A stretch of DNA of 64,000 nt from a virus (taxonomy: Duplodnaviria > Heunggongvirae > Uroviricota > Caudoviricetes). Position 1 is the stretch's first letter, and each line of letters begins with the position of its first letter. A model generated the notes under the pieces. It saw only the letters and a program-made list of their open reading frames with translations. It searched no databases and was not told the DNA's origin. The stretch covers positions 43,698 to 107,697 of the IMG/VR virus record IMGVR_UViG_3300012943_000030, one strand, 5' to 3'. Positions 53,290 to 61,408 of the stretch are shown here, one piece after another. Both the position numbers and the translations under genes were made by a program.

Positions 53290-54053
53290 TGAAGGTAGCA
53301 ATCTGCTACAGCGGCCAGTTACGAACCGGCCTGAAGGCGCTAGAGAACCAACGGCTGTTCATAGACGTCGCAGCAGATTATTTCCTTCATACCTGGACAC
53401 ACAACACCAACAAGCGATTTGTGATCAACGGCGCTGAGGCAACAGAGGTGCCCGCCAACATCATCAGCGCGTATGTTGCACAGCTTAAGCCGAAGGCGTA
53501 CTATGTTGAGGATCCGACCGTGCTTAACATGCACGGTACAAACTTGGCTTGGAAGGGGCTCTACTATTCATGGCTGAAGAGCCTAGAATATCGGCGACAG
53601 TACGAGGCTGCTCTAGGGATAAAGTACGATGTCGTAGTGAAGATGCGACCCGACATCATCTTCAAACCTGGCAGAAAGCTGAGCGCCGTCATTAAGCAGG
53701 CGCTTAGAGAAAACGCGTTCATCCTAGAGAATGGCCTTTGGAACCCACCATATTCTACTGTCGTTGACGACGTGTTTTGGGCCGCGCCAACAAAGATCAT
53801 GGACATAGCGAGCGAATACTACTGGCACCTACCAGAGCATACTGCCGATCCAGGTGGTGGGCTCGGTGCCTTCCTTACGCAGCGCGACATAGCAATTGGC
53901 CGTGTCCCAGATGGGTGCTATTCAATTCTGCGCGCTGAGGCTGATCACCTGTCGCCAGTTGCCGACTTTGACAAGTGCTTCGAGCTTGAGCGCGAGCTGT
54001 ACCATACCATCCCTGTTGCTAACCCAAGTGGTTCACCTGCCTTTTACCGCTGA
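53280..54053 (+). CDS. uncharacterized family A paralogue
   Basis: ICYSGQLRTG..FLHTWTHN, and YDVVVKMRPD. Confidence 0.5.
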   Translation: MALMKVAICYSGQLRTGLKALENQRLFIDVAADYFLHTWTHNTNKRFVINGAEATEVPANIISAYVAQLKPKAYYVEDPTVLNMHGTNLAWKGLYYSWLKSLEYRRQYEAALGIKYDVVVKMRPDIIFKPGRKLSAVIKQALRENAFILENGLWNPPYSTVVDDVFWAAPTKIMDIASEYYWHLPEHTADPGGGLGAFLTQRDIAIGRVPDGCYSILRAEADHLSPVADFDKCFELERELYHTIPVANPSGSPAFYR

Positions 54054-54067
54054 GTAAATACTCGCGT

Positions 54068-54613
54068 ATGTCAAACATCTACTTTACGTCCGACCTGCAT
54101 TTCGGACACGAAAATATCATCAAGTACTGCAATCGCCCATATTCATCTGCGCAGGAGATGGATGAAGGGCTCATTCAGAATTGGAACGCGCGAGTACGCC
54201 ACAACGACATTGTATACGTCCTAGGCGACGTCTTCTTCTGTCAGGTGGACAAAGCGAAGCAGATCATGCATCGCCTCAATGGCAGCAAGCGCCTCGTGTT
54301 GGGCAACCATGACAAGCTCATTCGAAACCAGAAGCCGCTTCAGTCAATGTTTGAGGTGATCTTCCCAGATCTGTGGCATGAGACGATTGAGGGTACCTAT
54401 GTGGCGATGTGCCACTACCCGCTGCTCACGTGGCACAAGGCCCATCGCGGCGCCTACAACCTCCATGGTCACTGTCACAACACCATCCCCTTCGACACAA
54501 CGCGCAGGCGTCTAGACGTTGGCGTTGATGCTCAAGGTTACGCACCAATTCTTTGGCAAGAAATAAAGCGAAAGCTTGACAAAATAGAGCCAGGCGATCC
54601 GCGAGATTACTGA
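54068..54613 (+). CDS. calcineurin-like metallophosphoesterase
   Basis: DLHFGH, GDVFF and GNHD motifs. Confidence 0.75.
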   Translation: MSNIYFTSDLHFGHENIIKYCNRPYSSAQEMDEGLIQNWNARVRHNDIVYVLGDVFFCQVDKAKQIMHRLNGSKRLVLGNHDKLIRNQKPLQSMFEVIFPDLWHETIEGTYVAMCHYPLLTWHKAHRGAYNLHGHCHNTIPFDTTRRRLDVGVDAQGYAPILWQEIKRKLDKIEPGDPRDY

Positions 54614-55428
54614 TGGACAGTTATGACCCAATGTTTTGGTTTTTGAAGGGGTCAGCTGAGCCACGTGTTGTACAATGGCACAGCACCGATACAGCTGAAA
54701 GCTACAGCGAAGATTTGGTCTCCGGCAAAAACCCATTCAAGCCTGGTGATTTTGATTACTCATTCAATGCCAACGGCTTTAGGTGTGAAGAGTTCAATCT
54801 TCCATCTGATCTACAGACGGTTTTCTGTGGGTGCAGCAATACTGAGGGGGTAGGCTTACCTCTAGAAAATGTATGGGCCCACTGCGTTCTTCAGCAGATG
54901 AGGGAAAAAACAGGGCTGACCATTCCGTATTGGAACACCGCTGTGTCTGGCGGTGCCGTAGATACGATGGCATCACAGCTGTTCTACATCCATCGCAAGA
55001 CAAAAATACGGCCCAAGCTTGTCATCGGCTGGATCCCACCGCTCTATGTTAGAGACTTCTCATTCCGCTCAAGCAAAGAATTTCACTACTCGAATGTTCC
55101 GGGCTCTCGACACCCAGTATTTGTTGATGAGCTGATTACGCCTGTCTTCACTGACAAATACTTCTACCACCATCAGGCCGTTAGAAGCCTAAGAATGATC
55201 TCACTGATCTGTGAAATGTGGGATGCCAAGATGGTTATGGCGTGTAGAGGTGGCTCTGGATTTGACGTGATAAGCTCGCAGCTTCAAGGCTTCACACATG
55301 TTCAAATTCCGCAGCTTAGAACGTGCGATGCGAGAGATGGCATGCACTATGGTGCCCCATTCCACAAGGAACTCGCAGGCAACTTTTGGAAAAAAATAGA
55401 ACCGCTGCTTAGCGAGCTTCAGCCGTAA
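54613..55428 (+). CDS. SGNH-like hydrolase-family protein (paralogue of the - strand gene at 5864..6643)
   Basis: FCGCSNTEGVG, IPYWNTAVSGG, ARDGMHYG. Confidence 0.5.
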   Translation: MDSYDPMFWFLKGSAEPRVVQWHSTDTAESYSEDLVSGKNPFKPGDFDYSFNANGFRCEEFNLPSDLQTVFCGCSNTEGVGLPLENVWAHCVLQQMREKTGLTIPYWNTAVSGGAVDTMASQLFYIHRKTKIRPKLVIGWIPPLYVRDFSFRSSKEFHYSNVPGSRHPVFVDELITPVFTDKYFYHHQAVRSLRMISLICEMWDAKMVMACRGGSGFDVISSQLQGFTHVQIPQLRTCDARDGMHYGAPFHKELAGNFWKKIEPLLSELQP

Positions 55429-56041
55429 ACTCAGACATCTTACCATCCTCATCGATGAGGTAGGCGCGGAAATCAACGTTAGGGTATTCGTGCTTCAGCT
55501 GAATGAAGTACGTTAGGTTCGTCTTGCTGTCATCGTACATGTAGCACGCATCATAGTCATGTGCGTCAAGGTAGCGACGAGCGACGGAGTTCTTGCGCTC
55601 TGCCGGTGATGCACCCTTGCCATGCTCAGCATGGTTGGCCTCGATGTTGTCAATGTCGATGCCATGATCCCTAAAAGTATCGTGGAATGTTTCCTCATCA
55701 TCGAGGATGCCACGTGCGGTGCTGATGATCACCTTTGAGCCGGGTGTCAGGTTCAGCTTCACCTTGTTGTGCAGACGAACGAGCGTCTGGATCATCTTCG
55801 TGATAGGTGTGCTCTCTGAGTTGAACTTCTCAGCGTCTGTGAATTCGCCGTAGTCGAAGCGCTCACCATCACCGAGCTTGTAGTCGTTGAATTCTTGGCT
55901 CGTAAGGGTACGGGCAATCTTCCCGTCTTTTACGACACGAATTTGAGCAGTGGTTCTGAAGAGCGTGTCGTCGATATCAAACACGTACAACGTGCCGCCG
56001 CTCTTCTTGCGTTCAATAAGATACTGTTTGAAACTCGCCAT
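55409..56041 (-). CDS. HAD-superfamily phosphatase-like protein
   Basis: VFDIDDTLF motif I (DxDxT). Confidence 0.55.
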   Translation of the reverse strand: MASFKQYLIERKKSGGTLYVFDIDDTLFRTTAQIRVVKDGKIARTLTSQEFNDYKLGDGERFDYGEFTDAEKFNSESTPITKMIQTLVRLHNKVKLNLTPGSKVIISTARGILDDEETFHDTFRDHGIDIDNIEANHAEHGKGASPAERKNSVARRYLDAHDYDACYMYDDSKTNLTYFIQLKHEYPNVDFRAYLIDEDGKMSEFTAEAR

Positions 56042-56626
56042 TTAGAGCTCTTTTCCTCTCCAGAAAATCCTGCCTATGTCAGGCTCATGAGCTCCAAGCG
56101 AACTGAAATCTTCAGGGATGATCCCTTCTTCACGCAGCTTCTCAAAGAAGCGTACGTCAAGGCTGTGCGCTCGGTGCCCGCCATTCATTGCGATGTGAAC
56201 TGGAACCTTTACGTCGCCCATGCCCAACAGCTGCAGTGCCTCCATCCTAGCTCTACCATCATGGGTAGCCACCTCTGCCAGCGGCTTCTTGCTGCCGTCT
56301 TCCAAGCTCACGTTGAGCTTTAGCGTTGGTGGTCCAAGTGGTACTTGGCGCTTGATGAGGTCTACGATCTGCTGTGCTGTCTCAGTGCGATCACCAGTAG
56401 CGGCAAGGTGGAGGAAATCGGCAGGCGTCAGCTCCATCGCAAAGCCAAGATACTTGATGTCCTGATTGTTCGGGACCGCGCCGACACCGTGCTCGCTGTC
56501 AAACGCGACCTGACCAACCTTGTATCGGTCGTCAATGTTCTTTGCTGATGGCTGCTGCAGCGCCGAGAATTCCGCCATCGTTAGGCTGGCTGGTTCATGC
56601 TGCTCAAACAGTTCAAACACCTTCAT
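56042..56626 (-). CDS. hypothetical protein (ParB/Srx-like nuclease fold?)
   Basis: ATHDGRARMEAL resembles the ParB GxxRxxA box. Weak. Confidence 0.35.
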   Translation of the reverse strand: MKVFELFEQHEPASLTMAEFSALQQPSAKNIDDRYKVGQVAFDSEHGVGAVPNNQDIKYLGFAMELTPADFLHLAATGDRTETAQQIVDLIKRQVPLGPPTLKLNVSLEDGSKKPLAEVATHDGRARMEALQLLGMGDVKVPVHIAMNGGHRAHSLDVRFFEKLREEGIIPEDFSSLGAHEPDIGRIFWRGKEL

Positions 56627-56686
56627 ATCGTATCACTCAAGCCTTCGAAGGAAATCTTCAATCAGGTATTTACGCGGTGCTTGTCC

Positions 56687-56734
56687 ATTTAACATAACGG
56701 CCAGATGTACAGGTTGGGCACAGCAGGTTATAAT
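56687..56734 (+). promoter_or_regulatory. conserved phage promoter P4
   Basis: ATTTAACATAAC..GATGTACAG-N17-TATAAT. Confidence 0.55.
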
Positions 56735-56765
56735 GGTCCTACCAAAGCTGTCTGAGGGTACCGTC

Positions 56766-57302
56766 ATGAGGATGTGGTTGATACAACGCGCGAAGATCAT
56801 TCACCCGCTGGCTGAGCCCACCGCTCGCATCAGCGATGCTGTTCGCTTCGACTACATGGGTTCCGCCGAGTTTGAGTTCGGTGCCTTGCCAAAGTCTCTG
56901 CGCGACATGCAGGCAGTGGACGCCCTCATCACCATCCGTACCCTTAACCACATCAAGGACGACCAGGACCGCTCAGTGCGCGTGCTGTCGGCCCTCGACG
57001 ACAAGCAGTTCGCCGAGTACAACTCACTGCTCATTGACCTCCGCGCCGACAAGGTGCGCCTCAAGGAGTGGAGCAAGTTCGCGGCTGAAGAGCCGAAGAA
57101 GGCGCCGCCCTACGTCAAGAGCAACGCTGAGCTGCGGCGCTGGACGGCCCAGCAGGCTGAGCGCGACATCTGGAAGCCTGACTTCTGGTGGGACATCAAC
57201 AACAACACCATGTTCTCCTTCAACAAGGAGTTCATGAACCGCCTCCACGACTACCTGCACGCCAGCTGGGTGTGGATGGACGAGCAGAAGAAGGCATCAT
57301 GA
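56766..57302 (+). CDS. hypothetical protein
   Basis: RBS GAGGG. The ORF-track upstream extension overlaps the promoter, so the start is set at 56766. Confidence 0.45.
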   Translation: MRMWLIQRAKIIHPLAEPTARISDAVRFDYMGSAEFEFGALPKSLRDMQAVDALITIRTLNHIKDDQDRSVRVLSALDDKQFAEYNSLLIDLRADKVRLKEWSKFAAEEPKKAPPYVKSNAELRRWTAQQAERDIWKPDFWWDINNNTMFSFNKEFMNRLHDYLHASWVWMDEQKKAS

Positions 57303-57754
57303 AGAAGGGAGAGATGCTGAACGCGATGTTGGTCCTCGCGACCAACAAGCACGCTGGTCAAATGGACAAGGGTGGCCACCCCTACATTCTCCACCCCCTC
57401 GCCGTCATGACGATGCTGAACTCAGAGGACGAGGAGCTGATGTGCGGTGCCATCGGCCATGACCTCATCGAGGACACTGACACCACGTACCATGAGCTGA
57501 AGGAAGCTGGCATGACGGAGCGCGTCGTCAACTGCATCCGCTGCCTGACAAAGCTTCCTGGTGAAACATACGATGAGTACAAGGCAAAGGTCAAGAGCAA
57601 CGCTGATGCAGTGCGCGTGAAGCTCTGCGACCTCCGCCACAACACCGACATTCGACGCCTGCGCGGCGTCGCCGAAAAAGATATTTCAAGAATGGCCCGC
57701 TATTTCCACTTCTACATGGAGCTGCAGGCGATCATCAAGGAGCCCTGCAAGTGA
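57299..57754 (+). CDS. RelA/SpoT-type HD-domain (p)ppGpp hydrolase-like protein
   Basis: LATNKHAGQMDKGGHPYILHPLAV matches the HD_4 signature AxxAHxGQxRKxGEPYIxHPL. HD...D residues present. Confidence 0.6.
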   Translation: MKKGEMLNAMLVLATNKHAGQMDKGGHPYILHPLAVMTMLNSEDEELMCGAIGHDLIEDTDTTYHELKEAGMTERVVNCIRCLTKLPGETYDEYKAKVKSNADAVRVKLCDLRHNTDIRRLRGVAEKDISRMARYFHFYMELQAIIKEPCK

Positions 57755-58278
57755 AGACGTACTACTCCTATGAGGAGATCGAGAGCACGGTCAAGAAGAT
57801 CGTGGCTGAGGAGTTCAACACAGAGGTTCACCTGCTCAGTCTCGGTACCTCATTTCGCGCCGACCTAGGAACTGACAGCCTCGACACCGTTGAGCTTGTG
57901 ATGGCCCTCGAAGAGGCCTTTGACTTCAACATATCTGATGATGACGGTGAGGGTATTGAGACGCTCGGTGATGCCGTCAACTTCGTGTGCAAGCACTTCA
58001 ACATTGAACCAAAGACAACGAAGCTCATTGAAGGTTTCTCGTTCCGCTCTGCCATCGAACAGCGCGCCATTCACTTCATGACCGTGTATGGCTTCGACGG
58101 TATGCGCTGGAGCAGCGTGAAGGAATGGCTCTTCAAGGAAACAGGTGGAGATGTGAGCACGAAGAAGGGAAAGGCCGCCGTCAAGAGGGTGCAGCCAGAG
58201 ATCATCACCACACTTTCCGATCCGAAGCTCCTCGAGCTGTATGAGCTCGTCGTTCGTCAGCACAGCAAGCAGATGTGA
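57751..58278 (+). CDS. protein with N-terminal acyl-carrier-protein-like domain
   Basis: LGTDSLDTVELVMALEEAFDF (DSL phosphopantetheine attachment motif). Confidence 0.45.
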   Translation: MKTYYSYEEIESTVKKIVAEEFNTEVHLLSLGTSFRADLGTDSLDTVELVMALEEAFDFNISDDDGEGIETLGDAVNFVCKHFNIEPKTTKLIEGFSFRSAIEQRAIHFMTVYGFDGMRWSSVKEWLFKETGGDVSTKKGKAAVKRVQPEIITTLSDPKLLELYELVVRQHSKQM

Positions 58279-58526
58279 GGTGCACCATGCTACGTGAAGC
58301 TCTCAGTGAAATTTTCAATTGGAAGAAAAACCCGCATGGCGTGTTCTTTCTCGCCATCCCACTGGCCATCATGGGGTTCGGCCTCGTCGGTCTGCGCGCC
58401 TTTCTGGAGCTGAAGCTCAATGGTGATCCGTGGTACTTCGTCATCGCCCTCGGCGGGCTGGCGCTGTTGATCGTGGCCCTCATGCCGATGCGCCACATGT
58501 TCTCAGATCTTGCGGATAGGCTGTAG
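58275..58526 (+). CDS. small membrane protein
   Basis: Two hydrophobic helices. Confidence 0.4.
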   Translation: MRCTMLREALSEIFNWKKNPHGVFFLAIPLAIMGFGLVGLRAFLELKLNGDPWYFVIALGGLALLIVALMPMRHMFSDLADRL

Positions 58527-58530
58527 GCGC

Positions 58531-59781
58531 TTACATGAACTCGAAGCACACCTTCGGGTTGTTCACATACCAGCCAACAACGTCGTTCTGAGTAGCGACG
58601 ATCTCGAAGTAGTTTCCGGCCGTCACAGGAACCCAGCCAGAGTTCAGCGTGCCGTGAGGTGGAACACCTGTTGCGTTTCCACCATAGAACGAGCTCTTCC
58701 AAACATCCTGTGAGAAGTTGTTGTTCTGACACACACGCAGCGTCCACGCCTTGTTGGCAGATGTAATTTCAAAGTCAGCAGTAAAGCTTACCTTCATCAG
58801 CGTCTTTCCAGCTGGCACAGTGAAGCGCGTTGGCTGTCCAGCATCGTGAATGGCGTCTGTGTCGTATGTTTCAGTCGAGAATGGAATTGCAGTAGCAGTC
58901 GATGCGGCGCACAGCGCTGCGTTGAATGCACCAACCGCCAAGCAACCTGAGTATGTGAAGCCACCACCTGAGCCGTTGCTCGCTGCCGTGACGCGACCCT
59001 TCGCGTCAATGGTAACATTCGCGTTCGTGTAAGAACCAGCGGTAACGCCAGAGTTGGCAAGCGTGGTGCCGAAAGAACCGGTGCCTGCGCCAGTGACATC
59101 ACCGGTAAGCGTGATTGTTTGGTCGCCAGTGTTGGTGCCTGATGAGCTACCAGTGTGCGTGCCTGAAAGGTTGCTGCCTGTGACGGCGCCCGATGCTGCG
59201 ACCGACGTAGGTGTGATTGCACCAAGACCAAGCGTGATGGTGCCGTTCGACGTAATAGGTGAGCCAGAGACGCTGATGCCATTATTGCCTGATACGCCAA
59301 CGGACGTGACGGTGCCTGCGCCGCCAGAGCCGTTGCTCGCTGCCGTGATGCGGCCTTGAGCGTCGATGGTAATGTTTGCGAGGGTGTATGAGCCAGCGCC
59401 AGGACCAACGTTAGGAAGATTGATCGTGATCGTACCTGTTGAGGTGATAGGCGAGCCAGAGACGCTGATTGTCGATGAGGCGACACCAACAGAGCTGACG
59501 CTACCTCCACCACCGCCACCAATAGAAGCCCATGACTGTGTAGCGTCGAACACCTTCAGCTCATTGTTTGGGTAGTCGAACCAGATCTGACCGACCGTCA
59601 TGTTGTTCGGTGGATAGGCCGACGCGAAGTTCTCAAGAAGGCGTAGCACGTTCTCCTGAGGGTACGCGCTGGAGAGAGCGAGTGAGGTTGACGATGTGTT
59701 GAGCGCGCCGTCAGCGATCGAGATCGTTTCCTTTCCAGGAATTCCCTCGAGGTTCTTGCTGGTCCAGTCTACCTTGTACAT
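58531..59781 (-). CDS. tail fibre protein
   Basis: Poly-Gly tract, repeats ITIDAQGRITAASNGSGG / VTIDAKGRVTAASNGSGG shared with the fibre gene at 20020. Confidence 0.6.
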   Translation of the reverse strand: MYKVDWTSKNLEGIPGKETISIADGALNTSSTSLALSSAYPQENVLRLLENFASAYPPNNMTVGQIWFDYPNNELKVFDATQSWASIGGGGGGSVSSVGVASSTISVSGSPITSTGTITINLPNVGPGAGSYTLANITIDAQGRITAASNGSGGAGTVTSVGVSGNNGISVSGSPITSNGTITLGLGAITPTSVAASGAVTGSNLSGTHTGSSSGTNTGDQTITLTGDVTGAGTGSFGTTLANSGVTAGSYTNANVTIDAKGRVTAASNGSGGGFTYSGCLAVGAFNAALCAASTATAIPFSTETYDTDAIHDAGQPTRFTVPAGKTLMKVSFTADFEITSANKAWTLRVCQNNNFSQDVWKSSFYGGNATGVPPHGTLNSGWVPVTAGNYFEIVATQNDVVGWYVNNPKVCFEFM

Positions 59782-59801
59782 GCGTCAGCTCCAGTTTATC
59801 A

Positions 59802-60071
59802 ATGCAGGCAATCAGTGTAGTATTTATCGTCTCTGACCTAGGAGTACCCATGCGCGTAGTCATTCAACCTGGCGATACCCTCGAGGTCTGCTTCGCCGAT
59901 GAAGAGGGTAACGACCTCGACGGCGACGTCATCGTGAAGTTCACCGGAGATGAAATCCGAGTTGAAAGCGACTGGGAGGACAGCGACGGCCGCAAGGGCC
60001 TCCTGTACTCAGAGCGTTTCGGAGATGGTCGCGACAGTGATCTTGAAGCACTGCTTCTACCGAACCAGTAG
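59802..60071 (+). CDS. hypothetical acidic protein
   Basis: 89 aa. Confidence 0.35.
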   Translation: MQAISVVFIVSDLGVPMRVVIQPGDTLEVCFADEEGNDLDGDVIVKFTGDEIRVESDWEDSDGRKGLLYSERFGDGRDSDLEALLLPNQ

Positions 60072-60074
60072 CTC

Positions 60075-60566
60075 GTGGACATCAAGAGACTAATCAGTAG
60101 TATGGACATCAAATCAGGCAGCGGCTACCCAGCTAACTGCCTATCCAATTTTGCACCACACCCATTTGTGTTTGATGGCGTCAAGTGCTCCTCGATGGAG
60201 GGACTGCTGCAGGCCTTCAAATTCAAGGAAGAGCACATGCAGGTGGAGGTGTGCAAGCTCGTTGGTGTTGCCGCCAAGCGGAAAGGCAAGCACAAGAATT
60301 GGCAGGAGCGACAGACGCTTCACTGGAAGGGGGTGGAGTACGAGCGCAAAGGTCTTGAATACCAGGAGCTCCTAGACCGCGCCTACCAGGCCATGTGTGA
60401 TCAGAGCGAAGGTTTCCGCAACGCGCTGCTTCATACTCAGAACGCCGTGCTAAAGCATTCGATCGGTCGCACAAAGCAGGCAGACACCGTCCTTACGCGC
60501 AATGAATTTTGCTCGCGCCTCATGAAGATGCGGCGCGTTCTTCAAACACAAGGTGTTCTCAAATGA
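60075..60566 (+). CDS. NADAR (YbiA/DUF1768) domain protein
   Basis: YPANCLSNFAPHPFVFDGVKCSSMEGLLQAFKF matches the NADAR core. Confidence 0.6.
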   Translation: MDIKRLISSMDIKSGSGYPANCLSNFAPHPFVFDGVKCSSMEGLLQAFKFKEEHMQVEVCKLVGVAAKRKGKHKNWQERQTLHWKGVEYERKGLEYQELLDRAYQAMCDQSEGFRNALLHTQNAVLKHSIGRTKQADTVLTRNEFCSRLMKMRRVLQTQGVLK

Positions 60567-60943
60567 ATGACGTTCTTGACCAGAACGGACCAATGGGCAT
60601 GGTGTACTACTTCCTCATCCCACTCGCCATTGGTATCGGCTTTCTGATGTGGCGCGAAACGTGGCCATCTATCAAGGCGCGCCGCGCCGCCGAGAAGCTT
60701 CAAGATGCAGAAGACAACAGGAAGCGCGAAGAAGAGAACGAGAGAACGCGCCAAGAGATGGCCTCGGTTCTTGCCGCAGGCAATGAAGCTGAAAGACGGC
60801 ACCACTACCTATCAATGAAAGCCGAGCTCAGCGCCAGCGAGGCCGCACAGCTGGCCGCCTTGACGGCTCGTCTCGGGTATGGTATGACAAAGGTAGTCGT
60901 TCATCGAGAAGCATGTCGCAACGACGGCTGGTGGGGCGACTGA
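60563..60943 (+). CDS. membrane/coiled-coil protein
   Basis: N-terminal TM helix VYYFLIPLAIGIGFLMW. Confidence 0.4.
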   Translation: MNDVLDQNGPMGMVYYFLIPLAIGIGFLMWRETWPSIKARRAAEKLQDAEDNRKREEENERTRQEMASVLAAGNEAERRHHYLSMKAELSASEAAQLAALTARLGYGMTKVVVHREACRNDGWWGD

Positions 60944-61104
60944 TGATCGAGATAAAGTGCGACTGCTGCGGCGCAGAGCTCAAAGAGCCGGGCGGCCTTG
61001 CCTTCTCACCACCAGCTGAGGGTAGCTGGTTCGTTATGAAGTACCACTTCTGCATCAGGTGCTGGGAAAATGTTCTCGGCCTTCTCTCAGCAAATAGGAT
61101 ATGA
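60943..61104 (+). CDS. small zinc-ribbon protein
   Basis: CDCCG...CIRC. Confidence 0.3.
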   Translation: MIEIKCDCCGAELKEPGGLAFSPPAEGSWFVMKYHFCIRCWENVLGLLSANRI

Positions 61105-61105
61105 C

Positions 61106-61324
61106 ATGATCGTCTACGTCTACTTCACTGACAAGAGCTACAAGAAGCAGATGACCGTCGCCTACACGAACGGTCAGCAACCGACGATCCCACGTATTGG
61201 CGAGCAGGTGACGCTTCACAACTGTGAGCGACCGCTCATGTTGAAGGTGACGCGCGTGCTGCACGAGTACCGCTTCCATGAGGACAAGGACCATGTCCAC
61301 GAGGTCTACGTAGAGCTGCGGTAG
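61106..61324 (+). CDS. hypothetical protein
   Basis: RBS AGGA. 72 aa. Confidence 0.35.
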   Translation: MIVYVYFTDKSYKKQMTVAYTNGQQPTIPRIGEQVTLHNCERPLMLKVTRVLHEYRFHEDKDHVHEVYVELR

Positions 61325-61376
61325 ATTATTGTTAAATGGCCAACCTGTGTACTTCACCACAGGTTCGTGATAAGAT
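61325..61376 (+). promoter_or_regulatory. conserved phage promoter P5
   Basis: ATTATTGTTAAAT..CCTGTGTACT-N17-TAAGAT. Confidence 0.5.
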
Positions 61377-61408
61377 AGATCTATCTCAGCAGAAGCCCGA
61401 GGAAAATC

